Source of the DNA: a virus
Virus record (IMG/VR): IMGVR_UViG_3300032304_001168
Length of the DNA: 64,000 bases
Reading direction: 5' to 3' (one strand)
A program made the position numbers and the translations under genes. The notes under the pieces were generated by a model. The model saw only the letters and a program-made list of their open reading frames with translations, ran no database searches and was not told the DNA's origin. The first letter of the stretch is position 1. Each line of letters starts with the position of its first letter. Positions 26,052-37,500 of the stretch are shown here, one piece after another.

Positions 26052-27032
26052 ATGGATAATAATTTGATATTTGTTTCTGCACATCCTGACATACCTTATT
26101 TTCATTGGCAAACAAAAGTATATACGAACAACTTTATTGAAAAAGGAATAAAACCTAAAAATATTCACGTTTTGTTTGTAATGGTTAATGGTAATACCAA
26201 CCCAACTGAGGAATCATTGAAATTAAAAGAATTGGGAATAAATGTTCATCATTATTTGGATGATAGAAAAGATAAAAAATATATCCCAAGTTTAAGGCCA
26301 ATGGCATTATCTAGATGGTTAAAAGAATATCAAGAATTAGGAAAATGTTATTTTTATCACGATTCAGATATTATTTTTAGAGAACTACCAAATTTTGATA
26401 AATTATTAAATGATGATATTGTTTATTTATCAGACACCTTAAGTTACATAAGTTATGATTATATTCTAGGATGTAATAATAGATATGAAACTCATCATCC
26501 AAAATTAGAAAAAGGTTATTTACTTAAATTAATGACAAATATTGTAGATATTTCAATTGATGTTGTTAAGGAAAATAATAAAAATTCAGGTGGTGCTCAA
26601 TATCTAATAAAAAACACCGATTACACATTTTGGGAAAAAGTTTTTGATGATTGTGAAATGTTATATCGTAAACTTTTTGATTTTAATGTAAGACATAGAA
26701 TACCATCAGGTGAACTTCAGATATGGACTGCAGATATGTGGGCAGTTTTATGGAATCTTTGGAGAACTAATCATAAAACAAAAATCGTAAATGATTTAAG
26801 CTTTTCTTGGGCAACTGACACTATTTTAACCTATGAGAAACATCCCATATTACATATGGCTGGTGTTACTGAAGATTTAAAATCAACAAAGTTCTACAAA
26901 GGTGAATTTATTAATGTTGACCCATTAATTAAATTAAAGGAAAATATTAATTATTTTGATTATATAGAAAAAAATAGTTCAACTATAAAATATGTAGAAC
27001 AAATGAAAAAAGTTATAAAAAATGAACAATAA
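26052..27032 (+). CDS. putative GT-A glycosyltransferase
   Basis: YFHWQ, FYHDSDIIF (DxD), GGAQY, WTADMW, ILHMAG. Confidence 0.65.
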   Translation: MDNNLIFVSAHPDIPYFHWQTKVYTNNFIEKGIKPKNIHVLFVMVNGNTNPTEESLKLKELGINVHHYLDDRKDKKYIPSLRPMALSRWLKEYQELGKCYFYHDSDIIFRELPNFDKLLNDDIVYLSDTLSYISYDYILGCNNRYETHHPKLEKGYLLKLMTNIVDISIDVVKENNKNSGGAQYLIKNTDYTFWEKVFDDCEMLYRKLFDFNVRHRIPSGELQIWTADMWAVLWNLWRTNHKTKIVNDLSFSWATDTILTYEKHPILHMAGVTEDLKSTKFYKGEFINVDPLIKLKENINYFDYIEKNSSTIKYVEQMKKVIKNEQ

Positions 27033-27056
27033 ATCTATTTATAGAAAATTAATTTT

Positions 27057-27758
27057 ATGTCATATTTGAACCCTGGTTATTTACCTGTTAATAGTTGTAG
27101 TGTTTTTACTGTCGCACCAATGATAGTAAAATGTAATGTTACTAATGTTACTGGTAAAGAAGGTTCTGCTAATGGTTCTATAACTTTAGGGATAACTGGA
27201 GGTACAACACCATATACTATAACTTGGACTTATCCAAATGGTGTAACACTACAAGGTTCTCAAACTATTGATAATTTATCCGTTGGAACTTATATCGCGT
27301 CAGTTACTGACTATTATGGTGATTTTATGGTAACTACTAGTTGTACTGTTGGCGCACCTACAACAACAACTACCACTTCAACCACGACATCACCACCACC
27401 ATATACTGAATATAGTTTTTGTTATACTATTTTTATAAAGGATATTAAAGGTAATATTTTAGATGTAATTCAATTTAATTTTATACCAAATACATATATA
27501 AATGGTTATCCTAGTTGGATTTCTGACCCTGGTAATCAAGAAATAATATACTATGAACCAACAATACCAAATAATGGTGGTTGGTCTTTATCTGGTTCAC
27601 CTTCAAGTATTATAACGAGTAATAATATTGTCTCTTTTAATTCTGAACCCTCATACCCACCTATTGCAGGTATAAACCCCAACTTCACTGCTTGGACTGT
27701 ACTTATAGCTGGAAATCCAAATAGTTCAGTAACGGCTTCAGAAGGTTTATGTTTTTAA
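27057..27758 (+). CDS. SprB-repeat-like virion protein with a poly-Thr linker
   Basis: NGSITLGITGGTTPYTITW...NLSVGTYIASVTD; TTTTTSTTTS. Confidence 0.7.
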   Translation: MSYLNPGYLPVNSCSVFTVAPMIVKCNVTNVTGKEGSANGSITLGITGGTTPYTITWTYPNGVTLQGSQTIDNLSVGTYIASVTDYYGDFMVTTSCTVGAPTTTTTTSTTTSPPPYTEYSFCYTIFIKDIKGNILDVIQFNFIPNTYINGYPSWISDPGNQEIIYYEPTIPNNGGWSLSGSPSSIITSNNIVSFNSEPSYPPIAGINPNFTAWTVLIAGNPNSSVTASEGLCF

Positions 27759-27761
27759 CAT

Positions 27762-28487
27762 ATGGCATTATTTTCATCAATTAATACAAATCAAGGTATA
27801 TGTGGATGTGATGGTTCTTTATCCATTACAGCACAAAATGGTGTACCTCCATATTCATATTCAATAGATGCTGGAGTTTCTTTTAGAAATACACCTCTAT
27901 TTACCAATTTATGTACTGGTGCTTACACGGTAGTCGTTAAAGATTCTTTATCCGCTGTTAGTACTAATACAATAGTAATTAACAAACCAAATGAACCTAT
28001 AACATATAGTATTTTTTTAAATACAACAACATCAATATTACAAAATAATGGTATAAGTATAACAAAAAAATATGAAACAAGTTTTGTTGTCACACCACCA
28101 TTACCTATTGGTACTTATATCACATTTGATATTAATCATACAAATGTTAGTAAAGTTTCACCAACATATTCAGCGTCAACAACTACAACAAATTCTCAAC
28201 TTGTAATTGATTCAATTGTTATTTCACCAACTCTAACTGGATTAACAACTGGTTCAACATATAATTCAATACCAGGTTGTCAATCAAATACCTTGTATGT
28301 TGACACAATTACCGATTCTTGGAATACTTTAACCTTAAGTGGTACAACAGATTTTTTACTTACAACAACAACATCATTAGTTAAAAATGTGGATGTGGAT
28401 TGTTATTACTCAACAAATGAAGATTTTTATTCTCTGAGTAATCTTAATATTTTTGGGTGTAGTTGTTGTAAAGTTTCAACTACATAA
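27762..28487 (+). CDS. SprB-repeat-like virion protein
   Basis: DGSLSITAQNGVPPYSYSID..FTNLCTGAYTVVVKDS. Confidence 0.7.
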   Translation: MALFSSINTNQGICGCDGSLSITAQNGVPPYSYSIDAGVSFRNTPLFTNLCTGAYTVVVKDSLSAVSTNTIVINKPNEPITYSIFLNTTTSILQNNGISITKKYETSFVVTPPLPIGTYITFDINHTNVSKVSPTYSASTTTTNSQLVIDSIVISPTLTGLTTGSTYNSIPGCQSNTLYVDTITDSWNTLTLSGTTDFLLTTTTSLVKNVDVDCYYSTNEDFYSLSNLNIFGCSCCKVSTT

Positions 28488-28511
28488 TTTAAAACATTAT
28501 ATTTATATTTT

Positions 28512-31500
28512 ATGGGATACATTTTAAAAAATACATCAGGTTTAATAAATACGAGAATCACCGACACAGGTAGATTGAAAATCTCACAAGGTAATTTTAA
28601 TATTTCTTATTTCCAACTTGGAGATAGTGAAGTTTCATATAATGCGTTACCACAATCAACTTACAATCAATTTAATAATTTCATACTTGAACCTAGTTTT
28701 AATGCTCAAAACTCAGCAGGTGTTCCACAATCAAATAAAGAAAACATAAAATATCCATATTACGTGGATGGTAGTGATGGGAACACTTATGGTATTCCAT
28801 TTATGTCTTCTATTGTTGAACCCGTGTATAATAGAGCAACACCAAGAGGATTTTTTACAGGTATATCAGTTGATGATGTCTTTAATTGGAGTGCTAAAAC
28901 AAATAATACTCACGTTATTAATTCTAACTATGTTGTGGATATGAGTACATTACTAGGTACTAATACTATTGTAGTTACTGACAATTCTTGTAACGATAAT
29001 CCAATAAGAGGTATACAAGCTGGAGATATTATAACAATATACTACGATGGGAATGGATTGAATGATTGTCAATGTACTACGGCCACAACAACAACAACTA
29101 GTACTTCGACTACTACTACAACAACAAACCCATGTGTCACACCAATTCCAACAACTACAACTACAACAACTACTTGTTCGTTTATAAATCCTTGTTGTCC
29201 ACCACCAGTAGTTGATTGTTTAGTAAATGTATCATCTTGTTATTCAATTCTTACATATAGAGTAATAGCTGCTTGTAATAATACTTTAACTTTGGATAGA
29301 CCTGTTCCAGATTTTTCATACTTGTATTCTAGTTGTTTTGCAAGAGTTTTAGTTTATCCCCCAATTATTACTGAAATTTATGATAGTATAACACCAAGTA
29401 ATCATTGGTCGAATAACGTTATTAATTATGAATCAGTTTGTTCTACGGATGAATTTGATGTGAAAATATGGAATATGAATATTCCTTGGTCTGAAACACC
29501 AGCAGGTATTGATTCAAATGTTTATAAGGATTATACTAAATTCGGTTCAATTAATTATTTAGGTTCTAAAGAATATTTTGGTTACGCCTCAAGTAGTGGA
29601 CAAACTGATACAAGTTCAGTTTACTATTATAATTCATTTGATGAAAAAATAATAGTTAAACCTGAAGAACAAAAAACCATTGCAATAGTTCATTATACAA
29701 ATCAAACTATTGATTTATTTTATGGTGAAAAATTCGCATTAGAACCTTTTGATGAAACTGCTGAAGATACCACAGGACAAGCAAGAAATTTTAGAATTGA
29801 TTTACCTTGGTTAATGTGGCATAAAAATCCAAATTGTTGTAATGGTCAATCATTCTATATTGACCCTCCAGGATTTGATGATTTGAATCTATATACTATT
29901 CATTATTTAGAGTCAACCAAAAACTCGGATATGAATACCCCAGGTATTCGTTATTATCACTTGTGGGACACTAATCCAAATTTGGATGGTTATCCTAGTA
30001 GAGTTGGTAAAGTGTTCCCAGATAGTAAAATAATTATCTTTGATGATGAAGAAATCATTGCCGCTATGTCTTATAAGTCTAATAGGAATTGGACTTTGCC
30101 AGCACCAAAAGTTTCGTTGATAACACCTAATATATGTGGGTTAGATAATAATTCAGTCGAGGGTATTTTAACGGGTAATAGTGAATATCTTTATGTGACT
30201 TATAGATTATCGAATAATTTTGGATTTACAAATTCATTACATTGTAATTACTGCCAAAGTATTCAAGGACCAAATGTTTCTTGCAATCCTATTACATCTC
30301 AAAATGTTAGTGTGAGATTTGGTGATGAATTTTTATGTTTATCGACCGCTAATACATCGATTACCCCTTGTTGGTATTCTGGTTTCACATTTTGGGGTTT
30401 ACCACAACCAGAAACATCCCCTAATACTTATATCGCCTACCCATTTATTAACACAGAGCAAAATTTGAATGGTTATCCAATATTTAGAAGTCTTGTTGAT
30501 GAGGGTGCAATTTATAATATTTTTTATGATGGTAATGATTGGATTTTTAGAAACAACAATTATAGTGAGGATGAAATAATTAATTTCACGAATGGTGGAT
30601 TAATAGGTGACTTCACAATTGATTTTGAAGGAGGTATAACAGGTTATACTCAATGTAATTACAATCCTTTATTGTGTGTTACTTCGTGTGTTGAAAACGA
30701 ATCTTGTGTAATATCAACATACACCAATACTTTGAGTGGGTCAACAAACCTATATTTATCAAATTTTGATGTAACTAGTAGGTTGGTTTATTATAATTCT
30801 ACTTGGGAGATTTACTCAGCGGATACAAGAATTGCTATTTTAACAGGATTAACAAATAACGATATACCAATAGGTACATGGATTCCTGATGTTGTTCCTT
30901 TAACTGGTTTAACAACAAGTTTATTTGAAAGTTGTGGAAGTATTACTTGTAGTAGTTACTCAGCAAGTACTACGGCAAATAGTACAACAATTAAAGTTGT
31001 TGATTGTAGTTTTATTATTTCAGATGAAACAATTATAGTTTCAGGAATTACATATAGTGGTTGTGCAATAACTTTGGATGGTTCTTTAGACTCTGCAATT
31101 GTTCAAGTCTCAGGGGAAACTACGTATGGAAGTTACACTGGAACTTGTCCAACATATTCAGCCGTTACCGCAAGTACTATTTGTTCCGGGTTATGTAATG
31201 TAAATAATGGATTTATTGCTAATAAGTTTGAAATAATTTGTCAAAAAGTGGATGACACCGGAAGACCTATTTCTGATGAATGGAAAATCATTGATTTTAC
31301 AGACCAATTAAGTGGTTCAACAATAAATGGTTTCTTAACCCAATCAGGATTAACTGGTAACACTTTTGTAATTACTCAAGATTTATATGATAATGCCGAT
31401 ATATACGATTTAAATGATTATATTGATTTAACACCTATTGGTTTTACTGGTCATCAATTGAATTTTGGGGATGAATATTACTTCTATGGTAATGTTGAAA

Positions 31501-31721
31501 CTGATATTCAAGCAACAATATATGAAATGGTATATAAAATAAATTTGAGTAGTGTTGAATTTCAAACACCATCAAATCCAACTTGGTCTTCAAGTAATAG
31601 TCGTTATATCACTGAAATTGGTCTTTACGATTCTGATAAAAATCTTATGATTGTATCAAAAATGCAGTCACCCATATTAAGACAAGGTATTCAGCAATTT
31701 TTGATTAAATTAGATATATGA
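28512..31721 (+). CDS. large tail/baseplate-fibre attachment protein
   Basis: N-terminal ITDTGR..FQLGDSEV, C-terminal YITEIGLYD (tail-fibre base motif), poly-Thr and Cys-rich inserts. Confidence 0.65.
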   Translation: MGYILKNTSGLINTRITDTGRLKISQGNFNISYFQLGDSEVSYNALPQSTYNQFNNFILEPSFNAQNSAGVPQSNKENIKYPYYVDGSDGNTYGIPFMSSIVEPVYNRATPRGFFTGISVDDVFNWSAKTNNTHVINSNYVVDMSTLLGTNTIVVTDNSCNDNPIRGIQAGDIITIYYDGNGLNDCQCTTATTTTTSTSTTTTTTNPCVTPIPTTTTTTTTCSFINPCCPPPVVDCLVNVSSCYSILTYRVIAACNNTLTLDRPVPDFSYLYSSCFARVLVYPPIITEIYDSITPSNHWSNNVINYESVCSTDEFDVKIWNMNIPWSETPAGIDSNVYKDYTKFGSINYLGSKEYFGYASSSGQTDTSSVYYYNSFDEKIIVKPEEQKTIAIVHYTNQTIDLFYGEKFALEPFDETAEDTTGQARNFRIDLPWLMWHKNPNCCNGQSFYIDPPGFDDLNLYTIHYLESTKNSDMNTPGIRYYHLWDTNPNLDGYPSRVGKVFPDSKIIIFDDEEIIAAMSYKSNRNWTLPAPKVSLITPNICGLDNNSVEGILTGNSEYLYVTYRLSNNFGFTNSLHCNYCQSIQGPNVSCNPITSQNVSVRFGDEFLCLSTANTSITPCWYSGFTFWGLPQPETSPNTYIAYPFINTEQNLNGYPIFRSLVDEGAIYNIFYDGNDWIFRNNNYSEDEIINFTNGGLIGDFTIDFEGGITGYTQCNYNPLLCVTSCVENESCVISTYTNTLSGSTNLYLSNFDVTSRLVYYNSTWEIYSADTRIAILTGLTNNDIPIGTWIPDVVPLTGLTTSLFESCGSITCSSYSASTTANSTTIKVVDCSFIISDETIIVSGITYSGCAITLDGSLDSAIVQVSGETTYGSYTGTCPTYSAVTASTICSGLCNVNNGFIANKFEIICQKVDDTGRPISDEWKIIDFTDQLSGSTINGFLTQSGLTGNTFVITQDLYDNADIYDLNDYIDLTPIGFTGHQLNFGDEYYFYGNVETDIQATIYEMVYKINLSSVEFQTPSNPTWSSSNSRYITEIGLYDSDKNLMIVSKMQSPILRQGIQQFLIKLDI

Positions 31722-31725
31722 CAAT

Positions 31726-32325
31726 ATGAATAAAGATATTAAAGAAACACCGAAAGTACTTGGTCTAGATGTATCAACTAGTACAATAGGTTGGGCACTT
31801 TTTGATTTAGATTCCAAAGAATTATTAGAATTAACACATATTTCACCAAGAACAAAACCAAAAGAAGAAAACAAAATAAAGGAACTCATTCTTAAAAGTG
31901 AAATTTTTAAAATAAAATTAAAAGATTACTCAAGTTTTAATATCACAAAAGTTATAATTGAAGAGCCATTGTTAAATAGTAATAATGTTTATACTGTACA
32001 AACATTACTTAGATTTAATACTTTAATATCCAAGGAAATATATGATACTTTAGGAGTTGTACCAGAATATATTTCAACGTACAATTCAAGAAAAAACGCA
32101 TTCCCTTGGTTGGTTCAAGATAATGGAAAAGGTAAACACGTGTTATTTGGAGGTTATCCTAAAGATTGTGATAAAAAACAAATAATATGGGAACAAGTAG
32201 CAAAAAGAGAACCCCAAATAAATTGGGTTTATACTAAAAAAAATACACTCAAAAAAGAGAATTTTGATATGAGTGATGCCTATTGTTGTGTTTTAGGATA
32301 TATGAAACAAGAAGGTAAATGGTAA
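31726..32325 (+). CDS. RuvC-like Holliday junction resolvase
   Basis: VLGLDVST..IGWA, IIEE, DMSDAY. Confidence 0.8.
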   Translation: MNKDIKETPKVLGLDVSTSTIGWALFDLDSKELLELTHISPRTKPKEENKIKELILKSEIFKIKLKDYSSFNITKVIIEEPLLNSNNVYTVQTLLRFNTLISKEIYDTLGVVPEYISTYNSRKNAFPWLVQDNGKGKHVLFGGYPKDCDKKQIIWEQVAKREPQINWVYTKKNTLKKENFDMSDAYCCVLGYMKQEGKW

Positions 32326-32329
32326 AATT

Positions 32330-32357
32330 AAACCCCACTTTTTAGGTGGGGGTTTTT
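32330..32357. terminator. intrinsic terminator between convergent genes (possibly bidirectional)
   Basis: AAACCCCAC..GTGGGGGTTTTT. Confidence 0.8.
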
Positions 32358-32358
32358 A

Positions 32359-34503
32359 TTATGTACATGAAACACAACTAATATCATAATAAATTTTTAC
32401 ATCAATTATGACAGTTGCGTCCACAATAGAAATCGGTGGGTTACAAATTGTTGTTATCTTTAAGTCACCACTCACAGGGTCAATTGTAACGGAGTCAATA
32501 TTAGAATATGTTAATAATAATGTTTCAACAGAATCAAATAAAGTAGTATCGGTAGGATAATCAGTCATTCCACTACTTACATAAAAGATATCAGTTTGTA
32601 TCAATCCATTAATATTTACAACAGATTCAAAAGTAGCTGAATTAAGAATACAATTAGTATCACCAGAAGTTAAATCAAAAAATCCTTCAATTAACATCTG
32701 TTTTAACCCCTTTTTAACTATTTGACCAGTATTATTGAAATCATCATCACAAATATTATATACTTCATATGATGAAAATAAATTATACCCCAATAAAGTT
32801 ATTGTTCTAGTTTGACTACAACCAAATGAATCGGTGATAGTTAATGAATATGTCCCTGCTGATAAATTAGTTACAGTTAATCCTGTTTGTAATCCAACAT
32901 TTGGACTCCAATTTAATGTAAATGGTGGTTCACCACTCGTAATAAAAGTTTCAATTATTCCATTATTACCAATAGGATTTGTTCCATTTAAAATGAAATT
33001 AACACCACTCGAACTATTAATTGTAAATGGTAATATTTGTTGACATAAATTAACATCAGTCACTGAAGCTGTGTAACTTCCTGATGGTAAATTAGTAAAT
33101 GTATATGATAAAGAATTAGAAATAACACTTTGACCATTAATTTGATATGTATATGGCGCAGTTCCTCCCGTTGTTATTGATAAAGTTACTGAACCATCAT
33201 CATTTCCACAGGTTGTACCTGTTGTTGTTGTGGTTAGTGTATATAGTATGGTGTTGTTTATTGTCACTAACTGAGTATAAGTACAAGAACCTGAACTATC
33301 TGTTATAGTTAAAGTATACGTATCTGAACTTAAATTAGTAAAAATTGCACCTCCATTTTGTATTGGTTGTAGAAATGTTGTAGAATTTAGTCCAGAATCA
33401 GTAAGAGTATAAGTATATGGTGGTGACCCTCCAAATATGGATATATTGATTTCACCCCCACTATTATTACAAATAGAGTTAGTTGTATTAACACTTACAA
33501 CGGATATTGAATTTGGGGTTAATAATGTAGTAGTACTAGTAAATTGACATAATCCCGCATCTGTCACGGTAACTGAAAAATTGCCAGCAGGTAATCCAGT
33601 AAATGTATATGATGTGTCAAAGGTTATAACAACTTCTCCGTTTGAACCCTCAATATGATAAGGTGCTGTACCTCCTGAAATATAAATTGTTACAACACCA
33701 TCAGAAGTATAACAAGATGGTTCACTATCAATTAAAATTAAAGAACTCAATGCTAGTACTGATTCAATAGTGGCTGAAGCTGCAGTATTGCAACCAATTC
33801 CATCTGTAACTAAAACACTATAAAATCCATTACTTAAACCAGTGATTGATTGTCCTATCCCACCATTTGACCATAAATAAGTATATGGAGGAGTTCCAGT
33901 TAAACCAGTTATATATAAAGCACCAGTATTAATAAAACATGGAGAATTATTTACTTGATATAAGCCATATGTAAATGAATTTGATGGTTTAATTATACAA
34001 CTTTCACTTTTACCAGTACATCCACCTCCATCATCAGAAATTACATAATAAGTTCCAGCTGAAAGTGAACCAAATACTATGCTATTAATACCACTAGTTC
34101 CTGAAGTTATGAATCCAATTGTATTTTCATATAAATAATGTGTTGATGGAGCGTATAAATTTTGAGTTGTTGCAGTTATTACACCATTATTAAATCCACA
34201 CGAAGTATTTCTTGACTGAATGGAAACACAAGTGCCTGATGAAATATTAACATTCATTAAGAAATATGTGTTACCTGATAAACAGCTATCAATAACATTA
34301 AAAGTATATGTTCCAGCAGATAAACCACTTTCTGTATAACCTGTAACACCAGGTCCTAATGCTGTAGTTCCTGTTGTAGGACTAATCCATTGAATTGTAT
34401 AATCTGGAGCATCACCCTCAATAGTAATCCCAAATGAACCACTACTAGTATTTGAACAATCCCCAGTTATACCACTTAAAAAAACATTTAATTCACAAGC
34501 CAT
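32359..34503 (-). CDS. multi-SprB-repeat virion protein
   Basis: repeated G(G)T(A/P)PY.Y.W...TGL.AGTY.VTVTD..C units. Confidence 0.75.
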   Translation of the reverse strand: MACELNVFLSGITGDCSNTSSGSFGITIEGDAPDYTIQWISPTTGTTALGPGVTGYTESGLSAGTYTFNVIDSCLSGNTYFLMNVNISSGTCVSIQSRNTSCGFNNGVITATTQNLYAPSTHYLYENTIGFITSGTSGINSIVFGSLSAGTYYVISDDGGGCTGKSESCIIKPSNSFTYGLYQVNNSPCFINTGALYITGLTGTPPYTYLWSNGGIGQSITGLSNGFYSVLVTDGIGCNTAASATIESVLALSSLILIDSEPSCYTSDGVVTIYISGGTAPYHIEGSNGEVVITFDTSYTFTGLPAGNFSVTVTDAGLCQFTSTTTLLTPNSISVVSVNTTNSICNNSGGEINISIFGGSPPYTYTLTDSGLNSTTFLQPIQNGGAIFTNLSSDTYTLTITDSSGSCTYTQLVTINNTILYTLTTTTTGTTCGNDDGSVTLSITTGGTAPYTYQINGQSVISNSLSYTFTNLPSGSYTASVTDVNLCQQILPFTINSSSGVNFILNGTNPIGNNGIIETFITSGEPPFTLNWSPNVGLQTGLTVTNLSAGTYSLTITDSFGCSQTRTITLLGYNLFSSYEVYNICDDDFNNTGQIVKKGLKQMLIEGFFDLTSGDTNCILNSATFESVVNINGLIQTDIFYVSSGMTDYPTDTTLFDSVETLLLTYSNIDSVTIDPVSGDLKITTICNPPISIVDATVIIDVKIYYDISCVSCT

Positions 34504-37500
34504 TAACTACAATATATTTGAAAATTTATTCCTACATTTATTTTAAAGTTTATAATTGAATCCGAAATTGAACAAGATTCACTATAAACTACCACAGTGT
34601 CATTATCAGTTAAATAATAATTATATCCATAATTCTTAAGTTCTTCTAATGCGGCAATTATAGCTATATCCCAATCAGAAACACTTGGTGTACTAAATGT
34701 TGGTATGTTATACCCAACTCCATTAAAGAATGGATACGAAACAATCGTAGTATTGTTTACACGTAAATCAACATACCATATAGTTGTCATACTATTTAAA
34801 TCACAATTACCTACAGATGTTCCATTTGTCGCCAAATATGTATTTAACACATTACCCAATACAGAACCAAAAGTTGTTACTTTAGGATTAGAATCCCAAG
34901 GATATATTGGACATTCAACAGATTCAACTGGGCAATCTAACCTATATAAATTGTCATTTAATTCACAAGGTCTACATAATGGTGGTCTTTGTTTTGTTGA
35001 TTCGCAATCAACACCTTCAGTTGATATTAGGAACTTTTCGCTAGTCCAAGTTTTACTTATAGGACACTCTGAATCAACATCCAAATATCCATATTCTATA
35101 TTGTTTATAAAAAATTCCCATCTAGATAATGATGAATTATATCTAATTAATAACACATTCCCTGAACTTAAATCAGTATAAGTGTAAGATTGTCTATTAT
35201 TAAAATAACCATTAGGCGTTAATTTAAAAATTCTAGGACTACTTGGATCCTTCAATTTAAATGTTAATTGAATGCACTCACAAGGATTTGTTTCTTCAAC
35301 TGTTATAATTTGACATCCTCTTTGTCTTTTCCATACAAATTTTTGCCTATGAAATATTGAATTTTCATATTTAATTCCCGTATTAAATATTGTGGTTGCG
35401 GGAACCATTTGTTCAATTAATCTAATCCAATAATCACCCAAACCATTGACATAATCTATCATAGTTTGGTATGTAAAATTATTGTTAGTAATATCAACAT
35501 TTTCAGACTCCAAATATCTCCAATAAATTGATTCTAATGTTGGATAACCCCCAGTTTTACCATTAAATGAATATTGTCGATTTCTTACATTAATCATATT
35601 TCTCCAAAATGTCTGAGCAAATTCGAAAAAAGATTTACTTTTTGGTTTTGGATTTAATTCAGTCCAATCCACCCCACCTTTATATGGATATCTAGGTATT
35701 GGACATGGGTCACAAGGGTCATCACTACCAAAATTCATTCCTTCATTGGGAATGGGATAATTTAATTCCCTTGACAAATACCATACATCATATGCCAATC
35801 CTTGAGCTGGATTTAAAAATATCTCAGTATTTTTAACATTCAAAACTAATTTATCGTCACCAACAAAATATCTAGCATTTATATTTCCATCCAAATTAAG
35901 TCGTAGATTAATTTCATCATCATACCAACTTTTGTTATTATCAACCGATGGTGATAATTTATAACCTAAATTCATAAATGGAAATTTTCTAAATCTATTT
36001 AGATATTCTTGACCATATGAAAATGGTAATAAGGATGTTTGATAATTAGGATTATTACCCGTGAAAACACTTAAAGTAATATTAACTTCTTCCGGTCCTC
36101 TATGTTGTGGTGTTTGTTCAAACCAACCACTTCCGATTTGAAAGAAATAACTTTCAGAATCAATTGGTGCTTTAGGAAACCCTAAACTATCAATTGGAAA
36201 ATCATCTATAGAAGTATTAACATCTTGAATTATCGCTTCAGTAGTAAACCCAGTATATTCAACTCCAAATATTGAAAAAGTATTTGCGGGTTCTAAAACA
36301 GGAAGTTGTTGTACATATGTTCCACCTGAAATACTTCCAAATTCCGTATTGAATTTGTTCATATTTATTTTTTGGTCAGCCAAATAAATAAATTCATTAA
36401 ATTCAACCAAAGCATCTGGAGCACCAATAAGTTTTAATAAAATCTCAATTGATTTTCTAGTTCCTTTTGATTTAAAAAGATAGGCTGAGTTTAATATTAT
36501 ATTTCTATAAAATTGATAATTTAATTCATCGGGTGTTTGAGGATTTGGTAATCCTGAGAAATTTGATTGTTGTTGGTTATTTTGACCAAATACCGAAGAC
36601 AAAAATTGGTCGTTTGTTATTGGTGATATATTTGTACTCCACCCTAAAGTTTGTGCTAAATTTTTAAGAAGTTGACTTGGTATATCATTACCTATAGTAT
36701 AATTTACTGAAGTCATAAACGATAATGAAGTAATAAACGTATTTACTTCATCAAAACTTCTACCATATATTTGTAGTATTTTTTCAACTTTTTGGTCATC
36801 AGTATCAAATTCTTTTAATGCACCAGTTGTTAAAAATCTTGATATTAAATTGGTTCTAAGTTCATCATATAGTTCGCTTATCTCATTAAGTTTTACTAAA
36901 TAATTTTGAAATGATGCTGTAATGATATCAAGATTCCATTTACCATATAAAGTCCAAGTTAATTGATTTTTTTCAATATAAAATGTACCGTCTTCAGCTT
37001 CTCTAGGTATTTGATATGTTGATGTGTATATCGGTGTTACATTCCTATTTAATAAGAAATTTTCAACCTCCCCAAAATCTTCATTGAATACTTTATTAAC
37101 TTGAGTATCGTTAGGTCTAATAATTAAATCACTAATAGTTGTTGATTCACCAGAAAATGGATTACCTTGTACAGTTAAATTAAGTGTACCAACGGTTAAA
37201 GATGTTGTTGGTATAATTCCAATTACTTTATATCCATCATTATTAACATACAATGAATAATTTGCGTATTCTATTGTCATATTTCTTAATGAAGAAACTT
37301 CAATTTCTCTCAATTCAAGATTTCTTGTTGAATTAACCGTGAAATCAATACCAAATGGATTCCTAATCTTAGCTAAGTCCAAATCAAACGTTGTTGAGTC
37401 CGTTGTTGGGTTATATGATATGTTGGTAGCAGTATCACCAGTTAAGTAATTTAACCCTAAAAATGTTGATTCTATTGCCGCAGGGAAATAACTTATAATA

